Positions 1-12,518 of a stretch of DNA of 64,000 nucleotides are shown here, piece by piece. This DNA comes from Escherichia coli (GTDB lineage: Bacteria; Pseudomonadota; Gammaproteobacteria; Enterobacterales; Enterobacteriaceae): the NCBI RefSeq assembly GCF_003334355.1, contig NZ_QOWP01000001.1; one strand, 5' to 3'. A program made the position numbers and the translations under genes. A model generated the notes under the pieces. It was given only the letters and a program-made list of their open reading frames with translations. It made no database searches and was not told where the DNA came from. Positions within the stretch are counted from its first letter, which is position 1. Every line of letters starts with the position of its first letter.

Positions 1-1
1 T

Positions 2-193
2 CCCTACAACGTGGATACGCGGTCGAAAGTCACTGTGACTCAGCGGCCAGTTTTCTTGATTGTGTGCCACCGCACAGGCAATTTCACAAGCATGACAGCC
101 TATACATTCCGCAGCTTCAGCAGCGATAAACTTATTCATTTGCATCCCTTTCATTTAATGAGTTATGTCTTCTCAAATTTCGCGATGCAATAA
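2..193 (+). CDS. 3' end of an upstream ORF truncated by the window edge (ygfT-like oxidoreductase gene expected here by K-12 synteny)
   Basis: Reading frame is open from the window start to the stop at 191-193; sits upstream of ygfU on the same strand. Identity not recognisable from the 63 C-terminal residues. Confidence 0.3.
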   Translation, partial: PYNVDTRSKVTVTQRPVFLIVCHRTGNFTSMTAYTFRSFSSDKLIHLHPFHLMSYVFSNFAMQ

Positions 194-574
194 ACGGGCA
201 TATATTAGGTAGCATGACCGTTTTAATTATAATTTTGCGACTGAGTTCAAATTATTGCCCCTCAAACTATGCCGCTTTCATTATTTCAACATTGCCGATC
301 AAAAGAGCGCTATCCAGATAAAAACGATTAAATGCGAGAGTGCGACATGCCAGAATGATTAATGAAATATCAATATGAGAAAATTACAGATAATTCCATT
401 GTCAGGTTCTCTTGTCATTTTCGTGGTTTAAGCACGATTATGTGATTGCCTCCGCAATTCCTGTCTCTAACTTCCCTTCCTCGCAAAAACTGGCACTCCA
501 CGAGCATGTGTTTAGACAGTTTCATTAACGTAAACGGTTGCTTTTTACTCTGGCGGGCGAAAGGAGAAACACTG

Positions 575-2023
575 ATGAGCGCCATAGATTCCCAACTTCC
601 CTCATCTTCTGGGCAAGACCGCCCAACTGATGAGGTTGACCGCATATTATCACCAGGAAAGCTGATCATACTCGGTCTGCAACACGTCCTTGTCATGTAC
701 GCAGGTGCAGTCGCTGTTCCTCTTATGATTGGTGACCGACTGGGCCTCTCAAAAGAAGCTATTGCGATGCTCATTAGCTCGGATCTCTTTTGCTGCGGGA
801 TCGTCACATTATTGCAATGTATCGGTATCGGCCGCTTTATGGGGATCCGCCTGCCGGTGATTATGTCGGTGACCTTTGCTGCTGTAACACCAATGATAGC
901 CATTGGGATGAACCCGGATATCGGCCTGCTGGGGATATTTGGTGCCACTATTGCCGCGGGTTTTATCACCACATTATTAGCGCCACTTATCGGTCGCTTG
1001 ATGCCTTTATTCCCGCCACTGGTTACCGGTGTGGTTATTACTTCTATTGGGCTTAGCATCATTCAGGTGGGTATTGACTGGGCCGCCGGAGGTAAAGGGA
1101 ATCCGCAATATGGTAATCCCGTTTATTTAGGTATCTCCTTTGCCGTCTTAATTTTTATCTTGCTCATTACTCGCTATGCGAAAGGATTTATGTCCAACGT
1201 CGCCGTATTACTGGGGATTGTATTTGGCTTTTTACTTTCGTGGATGATGAATGAAGTCAATTTATCCGGGCTACATGATGCCTCGTGGTTTGCGATTGTC
1301 ACCCCGATGTCGTTTGGTATGCCGATTTTCGATCCCGTTTCCATTCTGACCATGACTGCCGTGTTAATCATCGTGTTTATCGAGTCGATGGGGATGTTCC
1401 TGGCACTGGGTGAAATAGTCGGTCGTAAACTCTCTTCACACGATATTATTCGCGGGCTGCGTGTCGATGGCGTAGGGACAATGATAGGCGGAACGTTTAA
1501 CAGCTTCCCCCACACGTCATTTTCACAAAACGTTGGCCTGGTTAGCGTGACGCGTGTTCATAGCCGCTGGGTGTGTATTTCTTCGGGAATTATATTAATC
1601 CTGTTTGGCATGGTGCCAAAAATGGCGGTGCTGGTCGCCTCCATTCCGCAATTTGTGCTGGGCGGCGCTGGGCTGGTGATGTTCGGCATGGTACTGGCGA
1701 CAGGGATTCGAATTCTGTCGCGCTGTAACTACACCACCAACCGTTACAACCTCTATATTGTGGCGATCAGTCTCGGCGTTGGCATGACTCCGACGCTCTC
1801 TCACGATTTCTTTTCTAAGTTACCGGCCGTACTGCAACCGCTGCTACATAGCGGCATTATGCTCGCAACCCTTAGCGCCGTTGTGCTGAACGTCTTCTTT
1901 AATGGCTATCAGCATCATGCTGACCTGGTGAAGGAATCCGTCTCTGATAAAGATTTAAAAGTCAGGACAGTACGTATGTGGCTTCTGATGCGCAAGCTGA
2001 AGAAAAATGAGCATGGAGAATAA
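575..2023 (+). CDS. uacT: Nucleobase:cation symporter-2 family permease (uric acid/xanthine transporter UacT/YgfU)
   Basis: ORF 446..2023 is a polytopic membrane protein of the NCS2 family; trimmed to the ATG at 575 preceded by AAAGGAGAAA, giving 482 aa. Confidence 0.85.
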   Translation: MSAIDSQLPSSSGQDRPTDEVDRILSPGKLIILGLQHVLVMYAGAVAVPLMIGDRLGLSKEAIAMLISSDLFCCGIVTLLQCIGIGRFMGIRLPVIMSVTFAAVTPMIAIGMNPDIGLLGIFGATIAAGFITTLLAPLIGRLMPLFPPLVTGVVITSIGLSIIQVGIDWAAGGKGNPQYGNPVYLGISFAVLIFILLITRYAKGFMSNVAVLLGIVFGFLLSWMMNEVNLSGLHDASWFAIVTPMSFGMPIFDPVSILTMTAVLIIVFIESMGMFLALGEIVGRKLSSHDIIRGLRVDGVGTMIGGTFNSFPHTSFSQNVGLVSVTRVHSRWVCISSGIILILFGMVPKMAVLVASIPQFVLGGAGLVMFGMVLATGIRILSRCNYTTNRYNLYIVAISLGVGMTPTLSHDFFSKLPAVLQPLLHSGIMLATLSAVVLNVFFNGYQHHADLVKESVSDKDLKVRTVRMWLLMRKLKKNEHGE

Positions 2024-2272
2024 TATGAATCTTTTAATGCGCGCTATATTCAGTCTGTTGTTGCTTTTTACTCTCTCTATTCCTGTCATTTCTGACTGTG
2101 TTGCAATGGCCATTGAAAGTCGCTTCAAATATATGATGCTACTTTTTTAAATGGTTTTTACCTGTCGGCATCCGCTCAAAACGGGCGGTTGTCGATAAAC
2201 GCTCACTTGGTTAATCATTTCACTCTTCAATTATCTATAATGATGAGTGATCAGAATTACATGTGAGAAATT

Positions 2273-2821
2273 ATGCAAACGGAACACGTCATTTTATTGA
2301 ATGCACAGGGAGTTCCCACGGGTACGCTGGAAAAGTATGCCGCACACACGGCAGACACCCTCTTACATCTCGCGTTCTCCAGTTGGCTGTTTAATGCCAA
2401 AGGACAATTATTAGTTACCCGCCGCGCACTGAGCAAAAAAGCATGGCCTGGCGTGTGGACTAACTCGGTTTGTGGGCACCCACAACTGGGAGAAAGCAAC
2501 GAAGACGCAGTGATCCGCCGTTGCCGTTATGAGCTTGGCGTGGAAATTACGCCTCCTGAATCTATCTATCCTGACTTTCGCTACCGCGCCACCGATCCGA
2601 GTGGCATTGTGGAAAATGAAGTGTGTCCGGTATTTGCCGCACGCACGACCAGTGCGTTACAGATCAATGATGATGAAGTGATGGATTATCAATGGTGTGA
2701 TTTAGCAGATGTATTACACGGTATTGATGCCACGCCGTGGGCGTTCAGTCCGTGGATGGTGATGCAGGCAGCCAATAGTGAAGCAAGAAAATTGTTGTCT
2801 GCTTTCGCGCAGCACAATTAA
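2273..2821 (+). CDS. idi: Isopentenyl-diphosphate delta-isomerase (type 1, Nudix fold)
   Basis: 182-aa ORF beginning [17 protein letters not shown], with conserved Cys/Glu-containing isomerase motifs; length matches Idi. Confidence 0.93.
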   Translation: MQTEHVILLNAQGVPTGTLEKYAAHTADTLLHLAFSSWLFNAKGQLLVTRRALSKKAWPGVWTNSVCGHPQLGESNEDAVIRRCRYELGVEITPPESIYPDFRYRATDPSGIVENEVCPVFAARTTSALQINDDEVMDYQWCDLADVLHGIDATPWAFSPWMVMQAANSEARKLLSAFAQHN

Positions 2822-2823
2822 AA

Positions 2824-2845
2824 AACCCCGACATTTGCCGGGGTT
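2824..2845. terminator. Bidirectional hairpin between convergent idi and lysS (T-run on the minus strand, so lysS terminator)
   Basis: aaCCCCGacatttgCGGGGtt inverted repeat; the minus-strand reading is followed by TTTTTT. Confidence 0.6.
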
Positions 2846-2863
2846 ATGAGCATAACGTAATGC

Positions 2864-4381
2864 TTATTTCACCGGACGCATCGCCGGGAACAGAATAACG
2901 TCGCGGATGGTATGGCTGTTGGTGAACAGCATTACCATACGGTCGATACCAATCCCCAGACCTGCTGTCGGCGGTAAGCCATGTTCCAGTGCGGTGACGT
3001 AATCTTCATCGTAGAACATCGCTTCGTCGTCACCTGCATCTTTCGCGGCAACCTGATCCAGGAAGCGCTGCGCCTGATCTTCCGCGTCATTCAGCTCGCT
3101 AAAGCCGTTACCGATTTCACGACCACCAATGAAGAACTCAAAGCGGTCTGTGATTTCCGGGTTAACGTCGTTACGACGCGCCAGCGGAGAAACTTCTGCC
3201 GGATATTCAGTAATGAAGGTCGGCTGAATCAGATGTGCTTCTGCCACTTCTTCGAAGATCTCGGTAACGATACGGCCCAGACCCCAGCTCTTCTCAACGT
3301 GGATGCCGATAGATTCAGCAATCGCTTTTGCAGAGTCGAAGTTGTCCAGATCCGCCATGTCGGTTTCCGGGCGATATTTCTTGATCGCTTCACGCATGGT
3401 CAGTTTTTCGAACGGTTTACCGAAGTCCAGCGTCACGTCGCCGTAGGTCACTTCCGTCTTACCGAGAATATCCTGTGCCAGAGTACGGAACAGCGATTCG
3501 GTCAGCTCGATCAGATCTTTGTAATCTGCGTAAGCCATATAGAGTTCCATCATGGTGAACTCTGGGTTATGACGTACGGAAATACCTTCGTTACGGAAGT
3601 TACGGTTGATTTCGAATACACGCTCGAAGCCACCGACCACCAGACGCTTGAGGTACAGTTCCGGCGCGATACGCAGGTACATGTCAAGATCCAGCGCGTT
3701 ATGATGGGTGATAAACGGACGCGCAGCCGCACCGCCTGGGATCACCTGCATCATCGGCGTTTCAACTTCCATAAAGCCGCGATTTACCATGAACTGGCGA
3801 ATGCCAGAGAGGATCTGCGAACGCACTTTAAAGGTGTTGCGGGATTCATCGTTAGAGATGAGATCCAGATAACGCTGACGATAGCGCGCTTCCTGATCCT
3901 GCAAGCCGTGGAATTTGTCCGGCAGCGGACGCAGTGCTTTGGTCAGCAGACGCAGCTCGGTGCAGTGGATAGACAGTTCGCCGGTTTTGGTTTTGAACAG
4001 TTTACCTTTCGCGCCGAGGATGTCGCCGAGATCCCATTTTTTGAACTGCTCGTTGTAAACGCCTTCCGGAAGATCGTCACGGGCAACGTACAGCTGAATA
4101 CGACCGCCAACGTCCTGCAGGGTAACAAAAGAGGCTTTACCCATAATACGGCGGGTCATCATGCGGCCAGCAACGGCGACTTCGATGTTCAGCGCTTCCA
4201 GTTCTTCGTTCTCTTTACCGTCGAATTCTGCGTGCAATTGGTCAGAGGTATGATCGCGACGGAAATCGTTCGGGAAGGCAATTCCCTGCTCACGCAGGTT
4301 CGCCAGCTTCTCACGACGCGTTTTCAGTTCATTGTTAAGATCGACTACCGCGTCAGCGCCCTGTGCGTGTTGTTCAGACAT
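2864..4381 (-). CDS. lysS: Lysyl-tRNA synthetase (class II, constitutive)
   Basis: 505-aa [29 protein letters not shown]...; class II aaRS motifs; immediately downstream of prfB. Confidence 0.95.
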
Positions 4382-4390
4382 GTTGGTTCC

Positions 4391-5489
4391 TCATAACCCT
4401 GCTTTCAAACTTGCTTCGATAAATTGATCCAGGCTGCCGTCCAGCACGGCCTGCGTGTTGCGGGTTTCTACCCCGGTGCGCAGATCTTTAATGCGGGAGT
4501 CATCAAGGACATAAGAACGAATCTGGCTGCCCCAGCCGATGTCAGATTTGTTATCTTCCATCGCCTGTTTCTCAGCATTTTTCTTCTGCATCTCCAGTTC
4601 ATAAAGCTTCGCTTTCATCTGCTTCATGGCCTGGTCTTTGTTCTTGTGCTGGGAACGGTCGTTCTGGCACTGGGTCACGATCCCGGTCGGGATGTGGGTA
4701 ATACGCACCGCAGATTCGGTACGGTTAACGTGCTGACCGCCCGCGCCGGACGCGCGATAAACGTCAATGCGCAAATCCGCCGGGTTGATTTCGATATCAA
4801 TATCATCATCAACTTCCGGGTAAACAAACGCAGAGCTGAACGACGTATGGCGACGACCGCCGGAGTCAAACGGGCTCTTACGCACCAGGCGGTGAACGCC
4901 AGTTTCTGTACGCAGCCAGCCGTAAGCGTAATCGCCGGAGATTTTGATCGTCACGGATTTAATACCCGCCACTTCACCTTCCGACTCTTCGATGATTTCA
5001 GTTTTGAAACCACGCGATTCTGCCCAGCGCAGATACATACGCTCAAGCATGCTCGCCCAGTCCTGTGCTTCCGTACCGCCAGACCCCGCCTGAATATCGA
5101 GGTAGCAGTCGGCGCTGTCATATTCGCCAGAGAACATACGGCGGAACTCAAGCTGCGCCAGTTTTTCTTCCAGGGCGTCGAGTTCAGCAACGGCTTCGTT
5201 AAAGGTTTCTTCGTCGTCAGCTTCTACAGCCAGTTCCAGCAGACCAGAAACATCTTCCAGCCCCTGTTTCATTTGGTCGAGGGTGTCGACAACGGCTTCG
5301 AGGGAGGAACGCTCTTTACCCAGCGCCTGTGCGCGTTCGGGTTCGTTCCAGACATCCGGCTGTTCCAGCTCGGCGTTTACTTCTTCCAGACGCTCTTTCT
5401 TGGCGTCGTAGTCAAAGATACCCCCTAAGAACGTCGGAGCGTTCCGTGAGGTCCTGAATGCGATTATTTACCGGATTAATTTCAAACAT
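4391..5489 (-). CDS. prfB: Peptide chain release factor 2, made by programmed +1 frameshift (codons 1-25 at 5489..5415, U5414 skipped, remainder 5413..4391)
   Basis: Minus strand reads ATG TTT GAA ATT AAT CCG ... AGG GGG TAT CTT TGA C; the 0-frame ends at the in-frame UGA after 25 codons, and the +1 frame continues into ORF 4391..5272 with the GGQ motif ([19 protein letters not shown]). Total 365 aa. Confidence 0.95.
5411..5427 (-). promoter_or_regulatory. prfB programmed +1 frameshift site (internal SD-like AGGGGG, then CUU UGA C)
   Basis: Plus-strand gtcaaagataccccctaag is the reverse complement of TAGGGGGTATCTTTGAC; the classic RF2 autoregulatory site. Confidence 0.95.
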
Positions 5490-5579
5490 GGTCTGATTTC
5501 TTTTATTGAGCTAGTCAAAATGCGGTGATAAGAGCGGGATTGTACCCAATCCACGCTCTTTTTTATAGAGAAGATGACG

Positions 5580-7313
5580 CTAAATTGGCCAGATACTGTC
5601 GATGATAATTTGCAGGCTGCGGTTGCCGCGAAACTCGTTGATATCGAGCTTATAAGTCAGTTGCACTTCGCGCACGCCGTTATCCGGCCAGAGGGCGGTA
5701 TCGACATTAAAAGCAATACCATCCAGCAGTGGACCGCCGCCGACCGGTTCGACCATCACCTTCAAATGACGTTCGCCCACCAGCCGCTGTTGCAGCAGAC
5801 GGAAATGACCGTCAAACAGCGGCTCCGGGAACATCTGCCCCCACGGGCCAGCATCGCGCAGCAGCTGCGCCACTTCCATGGTCATTTCGGCCGGGCTTAA
5901 CGGACCGTCTGATACCACTTCGCCTTGCAATAGCGAAGGGTCCAGCCACTCAGTAACCAGTTCGCCAAACCGTTGTTGAAAGAGTTTGAATTTATCCTCT
6001 TCCAGCGACAAACCCGCCGCCATCGCATGACCGCCAAACTTCAGCATCATGCCAGGGTAGAGTGTGTCTAATCGCTCCAGCGCATCACGCATATGCAGCC
6101 CCTGAATGGAGCGACCGGAACCTTTCAGCGTACCGTCACCTGCTGGCGCAAACGCGATAACCGGACGGTGAAAACGCTCTTTGATGCGCGAAGCCAGAAT
6201 ACCGACAACGCCCTGATGCCATTCGGGGTGATACATTGCCAGCCCGCCGGGTAGCGTGTCACGGCTGCGCTCCAGTTTCTCGCACAGGGTCAGGGCTTCA
6301 ATTTGCATTCCTTGTTCGATCTCTTTTCGCGTCTGGTTTAGCGCATCGAGTTCATTTGCCAGCACGCGCGCTTCGCCGATGTTGTCGCACAACAACAGCG
6401 CCACACCGACGGACATATCGTCCAGTCGTCCGGCAGCATTGAGACGTGGCCCCAGCGCAAAACCTAAATCGCTGGCGGCGAGTTTTTGTGCATCACGGTT
6501 TGCCACTTCAAGCAGCGCTTTAATCCCCGGACGGCACTTTCCGGCTCGGATGCGACTCATCCCCTGCCAGGTCAGAATGCGATTATTAGCGTCCAGCGGC
6601 ACGACGTCCGCCACTGTCCCCAGCGCGACCAGATCCAGCAGTTCTGCCAGGTTAGGAATTGCGATGTTACGCTCATCAAACCAGCCCTGATCGCGCAAAA
6701 AGGTGCGCAGCGCCAGCATCAGATAAAACGCCACACCCACGCCTGCCAGTGATTTCGACGGGAAATTACAGTCGCGCAAGTTAGGGTTAATGATCGCTTC
6801 CGCTGCGGGTAATGTGTCGCCCGGCAAATGGTGATCGGTAACAATAACCGGGATGCCCAACGAGCGAGCGTGCTCAACTCCCGCATGGGAGGAAATACCG
6901 TTATCCACCGTGACAATTAACTGCGCGCCACGGGCATGGGCCTGATCGACCACTTCCGGGCTTAAGCCGTAACCGTCTTCGAAACGGTTTGGTACCAGGT
7001 AGTCGATATTGCTGCAACCAAGCGAGCGCATCGCCAGCACGCTTAGAGCCGTGCTGGTGGCACCGTCGGCGTCGAAATCACCGACCACAATAATCCGCGT
7101 TCCTTCGCGAAAAGCGTTGTAAAGGATCTCAACGGCCTTTTCGACGCCGCTCAGTTGCTGCCAGGGCAGCATACCTTTAACACTGCGTTCCAGTTCTTGC
7201 GCACTGCGTACTCCCCGGCTGGCGTATAAACGGCGCAGCAAGGGAGGCAATTCCGCGGGCAAGTCTGCCGTTTCATCGACTTCACGGCGACGAAGTTGTA
7301 TCTGTTGTTTCAC
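5580..7313 (-). CDS. recJ: Single-stranded-DNA-specific 5'-3' exonuclease RecJ
   Basis: 577-aa ORF, MKQQIQLRRREVDETADLPAELPPLLRRLYASRGV...; DHH/DHHA1 motifs; last gene of the xerD-dsbC-recJ cluster. Confidence 0.95.
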   Translation of the reverse strand: MKQQIQLRRREVDETADLPAELPPLLRRLYASRGVRSAQELERSVKGMLPWQQLSGVEKAVEILYNAFREGTRIIVVGDFDADGATSTALSVLAMRSLGCSNIDYLVPNRFEDGYGLSPEVVDQAHARGAQLIVTVDNGISSHAGVEHARSLGIPVIVTDHHLPGDTLPAAEAIINPNLRDCNFPSKSLAGVGVAFYLMLALRTFLRDQGWFDERNIAIPNLAELLDLVALGTVADVVPLDANNRILTWQGMSRIRAGKCRPGIKALLEVANRDAQKLAASDLGFALGPRLNAAGRLDDMSVGVALLLCDNIGEARVLANELDALNQTRKEIEQGMQIEALTLCEKLERSRDTLPGGLAMYHPEWHQGVVGILASRIKERFHRPVIAFAPAGDGTLKGSGRSIQGLHMRDALERLDTLYPGMMLKFGGHAMAAGLSLEEDKFKLFQQRFGELVTEWLDPSLLQGEVVSDGPLSPAEMTMEVAQLLRDAGPWGQMFPEPLFDGHFRLLQQRLVGERHLKVMVEPVGGGPLLDGIAFNVDTALWPDNGVREVQLTYKLDINEFRGNRSLQIIIDSIWPI

Positions 7314-7318
7314 GCGAA

Positions 7319-8029
7319 TTATTTACCGCTGGTCATTTTTTGGTGTTCGTCGAGGAATTCTTTCATCTCTTTCGGCGGCTGGTAACCCGGAACAAGTGTG
7401 CCATTGCTCAGCACAACTGCCGGAGTACCGCTAACGCCAAGCTGGACGCCAAGTGCGTAATGGTCGGCAATATCCACGTCGCAGCTGGCTGGTGCGACGC
7501 TTTTACCTGCCATCACATCATCAAACGCTTTGTTTTTATCTTTCGCACACCAGATAGCTTTCATTTCTTTCTCTGCATCGCTGTCCAGCCCCTGGCGCGG
7601 GAAAGCAAGATAACGCACGGTGATCCCCAGTGCGTTGTAGTCTGCCATTTGCTCATGCAGTTTGTGGCAGTAACCACAGGTAATATCAGTAAACACGGTG
7701 ATGACGTGTTTTTCCTGCGGCGCTTTATAAACGATCATCTCTTTTTCAAGCGCATTCAACTGCTTTAGCAACATCTTATTGGTGACATTGACCGGAGCCG
7801 TGCCGCTAACGTCATACATTGGCCCCTGAATGATATGTTTACCATCATCGGTGATGTACAACACACCGCTGTTAGTCAGAACTGTCTTCATGCCAGCTAC
7901 GGGCGCGGGCTGAATATCGCTGCTTTTGATGCCCATTTTGGCTAACGTTTGTTGAATTGCCGCGTCATCAGCCTGAGCAAAGCCTGAAAACGCCGCTAAC
8001 AAAGTAAACAACATAAAACCTTTCTTCAT
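7319..8029 (-). CDS. dsbC: Periplasmic thiol:disulfide interchange protein DsbC
   Basis: 236 aa with signal peptide MKKGFMLFTLLAAFSGFAQA and CGYC active site (TDITCGYCHKL). Confidence 0.95.
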   Translation of the reverse strand: MKKGFMLFTLLAAFSGFAQADDAAIQQTLAKMGIKSSDIQPAPVAGMKTVLTNSGVLYITDDGKHIIQGPMYDVSGTAPVNVTNKMLLKQLNALEKEMIVYKAPQEKHVITVFTDITCGYCHKLHEQMADYNALGITVRYLAFPRQGLDSDAEKEMKAIWCAKDKNKAFDDVMAGKSVAPASCDVDIADHYALGVQLGVSGTPAVVLSNGTLVPGYQPPKEMKEFLDEHQKMTSGK

Positions 8030-8053
8030 AAATCTTCCCGTTCTTTTCAGACA

Positions 8054-8950
8054 TCACGCCCGCGGGTGATGCTGTTGATGAAGTTGCCGCAGACGCTCGG
8101 TAGCGACATGCGTATAAATTTGCGTGGTGGAGAGATCGCTGTGGCCCAGTAGCATCTGCACCACGCGTAAATCCGCACCATGATTTAATAAGTGAGTGGC
8201 AAAAGCGTGACGCAACACATGCGGTGACAGCTTTTCGCTGTCGATACCCGCCAGCACGGCATAATGTTTAATGCGGTGCCAGAAGGTCTGTCGCGTCATC
8301 TGCTGCGCACGCTGGCTGGGAAACAACACGTCAATTGACACACCATTCAGTAGCCACGGACGCCCATGTTCCAGATAGGTTTCCAGCCAGTAAACCGCCT
8401 CTTCACCTAACGGCACCAGGCGCTCTTTGTTGCCTTTACCAATGACCCGCACTACTCCCTGACGCAGGCTGATATCACTCATTGTCAGCCCGACCAGTTC
8501 AGAGACACGCAGCCCGGTAGCATACAACACTTCAAGCATGGCTTTATCGCGTAGCTCCAGTGGCTGATCAATTAATGGTGCCTGTAATAAACGTTCAACC
8601 TGCGCTTCGCTTAAATCTTTTGGCAAACGCTGGGGCAATTTCGGTGAAGCGAGATGCGCACTGGGATCGTCTTCACGAAACTTTTCGCGATAAAGATACT
8701 GGAACAATCGGCGCACTGCACTCAGCAAACGCGCTGAGCTGGTGGCTTTATACCCGCCCTCCAGCCGTTCTGCCAGTAATGCCTGCAAATCGTCACTTTG
8801 CGCCGTCGCCAGCGTCAACCCGCGGTGATGCAACCACTCCACCATCATTGACAGATCGCGACGGTAAGCGTTCAACGTATTTTCAGCCAGATTTTTTTCC
8901 AGCCACAGAGCATCAAGAAACTGCTCGATGCGTGCCAGATCCTGTTTCAC
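8054..8950 (-). CDS. xerD: Tyrosine site-specific recombinase XerD (chromosome dimer resolution)
   Basis: 298 aa; tyrosine-recombinase C-terminal motifs visible (LRHAFATHLLNHGADLRVVQMLLGHSDLSTTQIYTH); core operon context, not a phage integrase. Confidence 0.95.
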   Translation of the reverse strand: MKQDLARIEQFLDALWLEKNLAENTLNAYRRDLSMMVEWLHHRGLTLATAQSDDLQALLAERLEGGYKATSSARLLSAVRRLFQYLYREKFREDDPSAHLASPKLPQRLPKDLSEAQVERLLQAPLIDQPLELRDKAMLEVLYATGLRVSELVGLTMSDISLRQGVVRVIGKGNKERLVPLGEEAVYWLETYLEHGRPWLLNGVSIDVLFPSQRAQQMTRQTFWHRIKHYAVLAGIDSEKLSPHVLRHAFATHLLNHGADLRVVQMLLGHSDLSTTQIYTHVATERLRQLHQQHHPRA

Positions 8951-9061
8951 TTGCGCCCCTTATGGTCACTCATTTGATCCATTATGCCTTATTGTGCCGT
9001 GACTAAAGCGATTCTGATACACTAGCCGCAAAAGCCACAGCAGAATCGAGAAGCTTACGTT

Positions 9062-9583
9062 ATGAATATGGGTCTTTTTTACGGTTCCAGCACCTGTTAC
9101 ACCGAAATGGCGGCAGAAAAAATCCGCGATATTATCGGCCCAGAACTGGTGACCTTACATAACCTCAAGGACGACTCCCCGAAATTAATGGAGCAGTACG
9201 ATGTGCTCATTCTGGGTATCCCGACCTGGGATTTTGGCGAAATCCAGGAAGACTGGGAAGCCGTCTGGGATCAGCTCGACGACCTGAACCTCGAAGGTAA
9301 AATTGTTGCGCTGTATGGGCTTGGCGATCAACTCGGGTACGGTGAATGGTTCCTCGATGCGCTAGGGATGCTGCATGACAAACTTTCTACCAAAGGCGTG
9401 AAGTTCGTCGGCTACTGGCCAACGGAAGGATATGAATTTACCAGCCCGAAACCGGTGATTGCTGACGGGCAACTGTTCGTGGGTCTGGCGCTGGATGAAA
9501 CTAACCAGTATGACCTTAGCGACGAGCGTATTCAGAGCTGGTGCGAGCAAATCCTCAACGAAATGGCAGAGCATTACGCCTGA
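9062..9583 (+). CDS. fldB: Flavodoxin 2
   Basis: 173-aa ORF with a long-chain flavodoxin fold signature; divergent from xerD. Confidence 0.93.
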
Positions 9584-9622
9584 TCTCACTGACGGCTTAG
9601 CGCATATGCTTTGCCGTCATCT

Positions 9623-10289
<667 letters not shown>

Positions 10290-10519
10290 TCACGAAAATC
10301 CAGTACCCCGCTATTGTAACGTGTTTTTCGACTTCTTTTACGGGAATATCAGTAAACACAATCGCGATCGCGAAATTAATTCACAACAATTCAAGGGCTT
10401 CATTTTTTTGGAAGTCGCCTCGCAGAAGGCACAGATCGCGTAGTGAAAGCACTTGCATTGCCTCATAGCTCTTTTACCATTAGTCATTAATACGCCGTTA
10501 AGCAACTCAGGACTCTATT

Positions 10520-11500
10520 ATGGCTTTTACACCTTTTCCGCCCCGTCAGCCTACGGCTTCTGCCCGTTTGCCACTGACACTGATGACGCTTGATGACTGG
10601 GCGCTTGCCACCATTACTGGCGCGGACAGCGAAAAATATATGCAGGGTCAGGTGACAGCAGACGTTAGCCAAATGACAGAAGATCAGCACCTGCTGGCCG
10701 CCCATTGCGACGCCAAAGGTAAAATGTGGAGCAATTTACGTCTGTTCCGCGACGGCGATGGCTTTGCGTGGATTGAACGGCGCAGCGTGTGTGAACCGCA
10801 GCTGACTGAACTGAAAAAATATGCGGTATTCTCTAAAGTGACCATCGCGCCAGACGACGAGCGTGTGCTGCTTGGTGTTGCCGGTTTTCAGGCGCGCGCC
10901 GCGCTGGCAAACCTCTTTAGTGTATTACCTTCGAAGGAAAAGCAGGTTATCAGAGAAGATGCGACTACCCTGCTATGGTTTGAACATCCGGCAGAACGTT
11001 TCCTGATCGTAACCGATGAAGCTACTGCCAATATGCTGACCGATAAACTGCGCGGTGAAGCGGAACTGAACAATAGCCAACAGTGGCTGGCATTAAACAT
11101 TGAAGCTGGTTTCCCGGTGATTGATGCCGCCAACAGCGGGCAGTTTATCCCACAGGCGACCAACCTCCAGGCGCTGGGCGGTATCAGCTTTAAGAAAGGC
11201 TGCTATACCGGACAAGAGATGGTGGCGCGAGCAAAATTCCGTGGTGCCAACAAACGCGCGCTCTGGTTGCTGACAGGTAGTGCCAGCCGACTGCCGGAAG
11301 CTGGTGAAGACTTAGAGCTGAAAATGGGCGAGAACTGGCGTCGCACCGGTACGGTGCTGGCTGCGGTAAAACTGGAAGATGGCCAGGTCGTGGTACAAGT
11401 CGTCATGAATAACGATATGGAACCGGACAGCATCTTCCGCGTACGCGACGATGCGAATACATTGCATATCGAGCCGCTGCCGTATTCGCTCGAAGAGTAA
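10520..11500 (+). CDS. ygfZ: Folate-binding Fe-S cluster repair/tRNA-modification protein YgfZ
   Basis: 326-aa GcvT-like fold protein containing the conserved KGCYTGQE motif. Confidence 0.93.
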   Translation: MAFTPFPPRQPTASARLPLTLMTLDDWALATITGADSEKYMQGQVTADVSQMTEDQHLLAAHCDAKGKMWSNLRLFRDGDGFAWIERRSVCEPQLTELKKYAVFSKVTIAPDDERVLLGVAGFQARAALANLFSVLPSKEKQVIREDATTLLWFEHPAERFLIVTDEATANMLTDKLRGEAELNNSQQWLALNIEAGFPVIDAANSGQFIPQATNLQALGGISFKKGCYTGQEMVARAKFRGANKRALWLLTGSASRLPEAGEDLELKMGENWRRTGTVLAAVKLEDGQVVVQVVMNNDMEPDSIFRVRDDANTLHIEPLPYSLEE

Positions 11501-11509
11501 ATCTCTTTA

Positions 11510-11690
11510 TCGCATCAGGCATTTATCGCCTGATGCGACGCTGACTCGTCTTATCATGCCTGGGATTTGATACCTTTATCACAACAGGGGCGAGGCCCGT
11601 AAGTCGGATAAGGCGTTCACGCCGCATCCGGCGGTTGCGCTCCGATGCCTGATGCGACGCTGACGCGTCTTATCATGCCTACAAAGGCAC
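11510..11690. repeat. REP/BIME cluster (several repetitive extragenic palindromes)
   Basis: Repeated gcctgatgcgacgctg(a/g)c(t/g)cgtcttatcatgcct and ggataaggcgttcacgccgcatccggc units in alternating orientation. Confidence 0.85.
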
Positions 11691-11695
11691 ACCCA

Positions 11696-12358
<663 letters not shown>

Positions 12359-12518
12359 TTACTCCGGAGAAACGTACACGCACATGTATACCTCTCCAGC
12401 GTAACTGAGAATAGTTCCAGTGAACACCTATTAGCTAAAATAAATTCTGATTTGAGACTAATCTCCTAAAAATCATGAAATTAAATGCGAAATTTCAACT
12501 AACAGGCGTGAGTTAAAT

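Noticed and set aside
415-1062. 215-aa minus-strand ORF overlapping the start of ygfU
   Set aside because: Antisense to the transporter gene, proline/arginine-rich with no domain signature; shadow ORF.
2981-4396. 471-aa plus-strand ORF opposite lysS
   Set aside because: Shadow ORF antisense to a highly conserved gene; low-complexity, R/F/V-rich translation typical of reverse-strand artefacts. The same applies to 4424..5428 (opposite prfB), 16233..17363 (opposite gcvP), 22983..23687 (opposite pepP), 39573..40547 (opposite fbaA), 41149..41847 (opposite pgk), 49247..50281 (opposite tktA) and 51931..52947 (opposite speB).
8054-8950. Tyrosine recombinase ORF that could mark an integrative mobile element
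   Set aside because: It is xerD in its conserved xerD-dsbC-recJ operon, with no flanking att-like repeats, phage genes or tRNA; it is a core chromosome dimer-resolution recombinase.
11510-11690. Regularly recurring palindromic repeats as a possible CRISPR array
   Set aside because: The units are REP elements of about 35 bp in alternating orientation with irregular spacing and no unique spacers or cas genes; the same applies at 39205-39310, 51885-52078 and 63140-63300.
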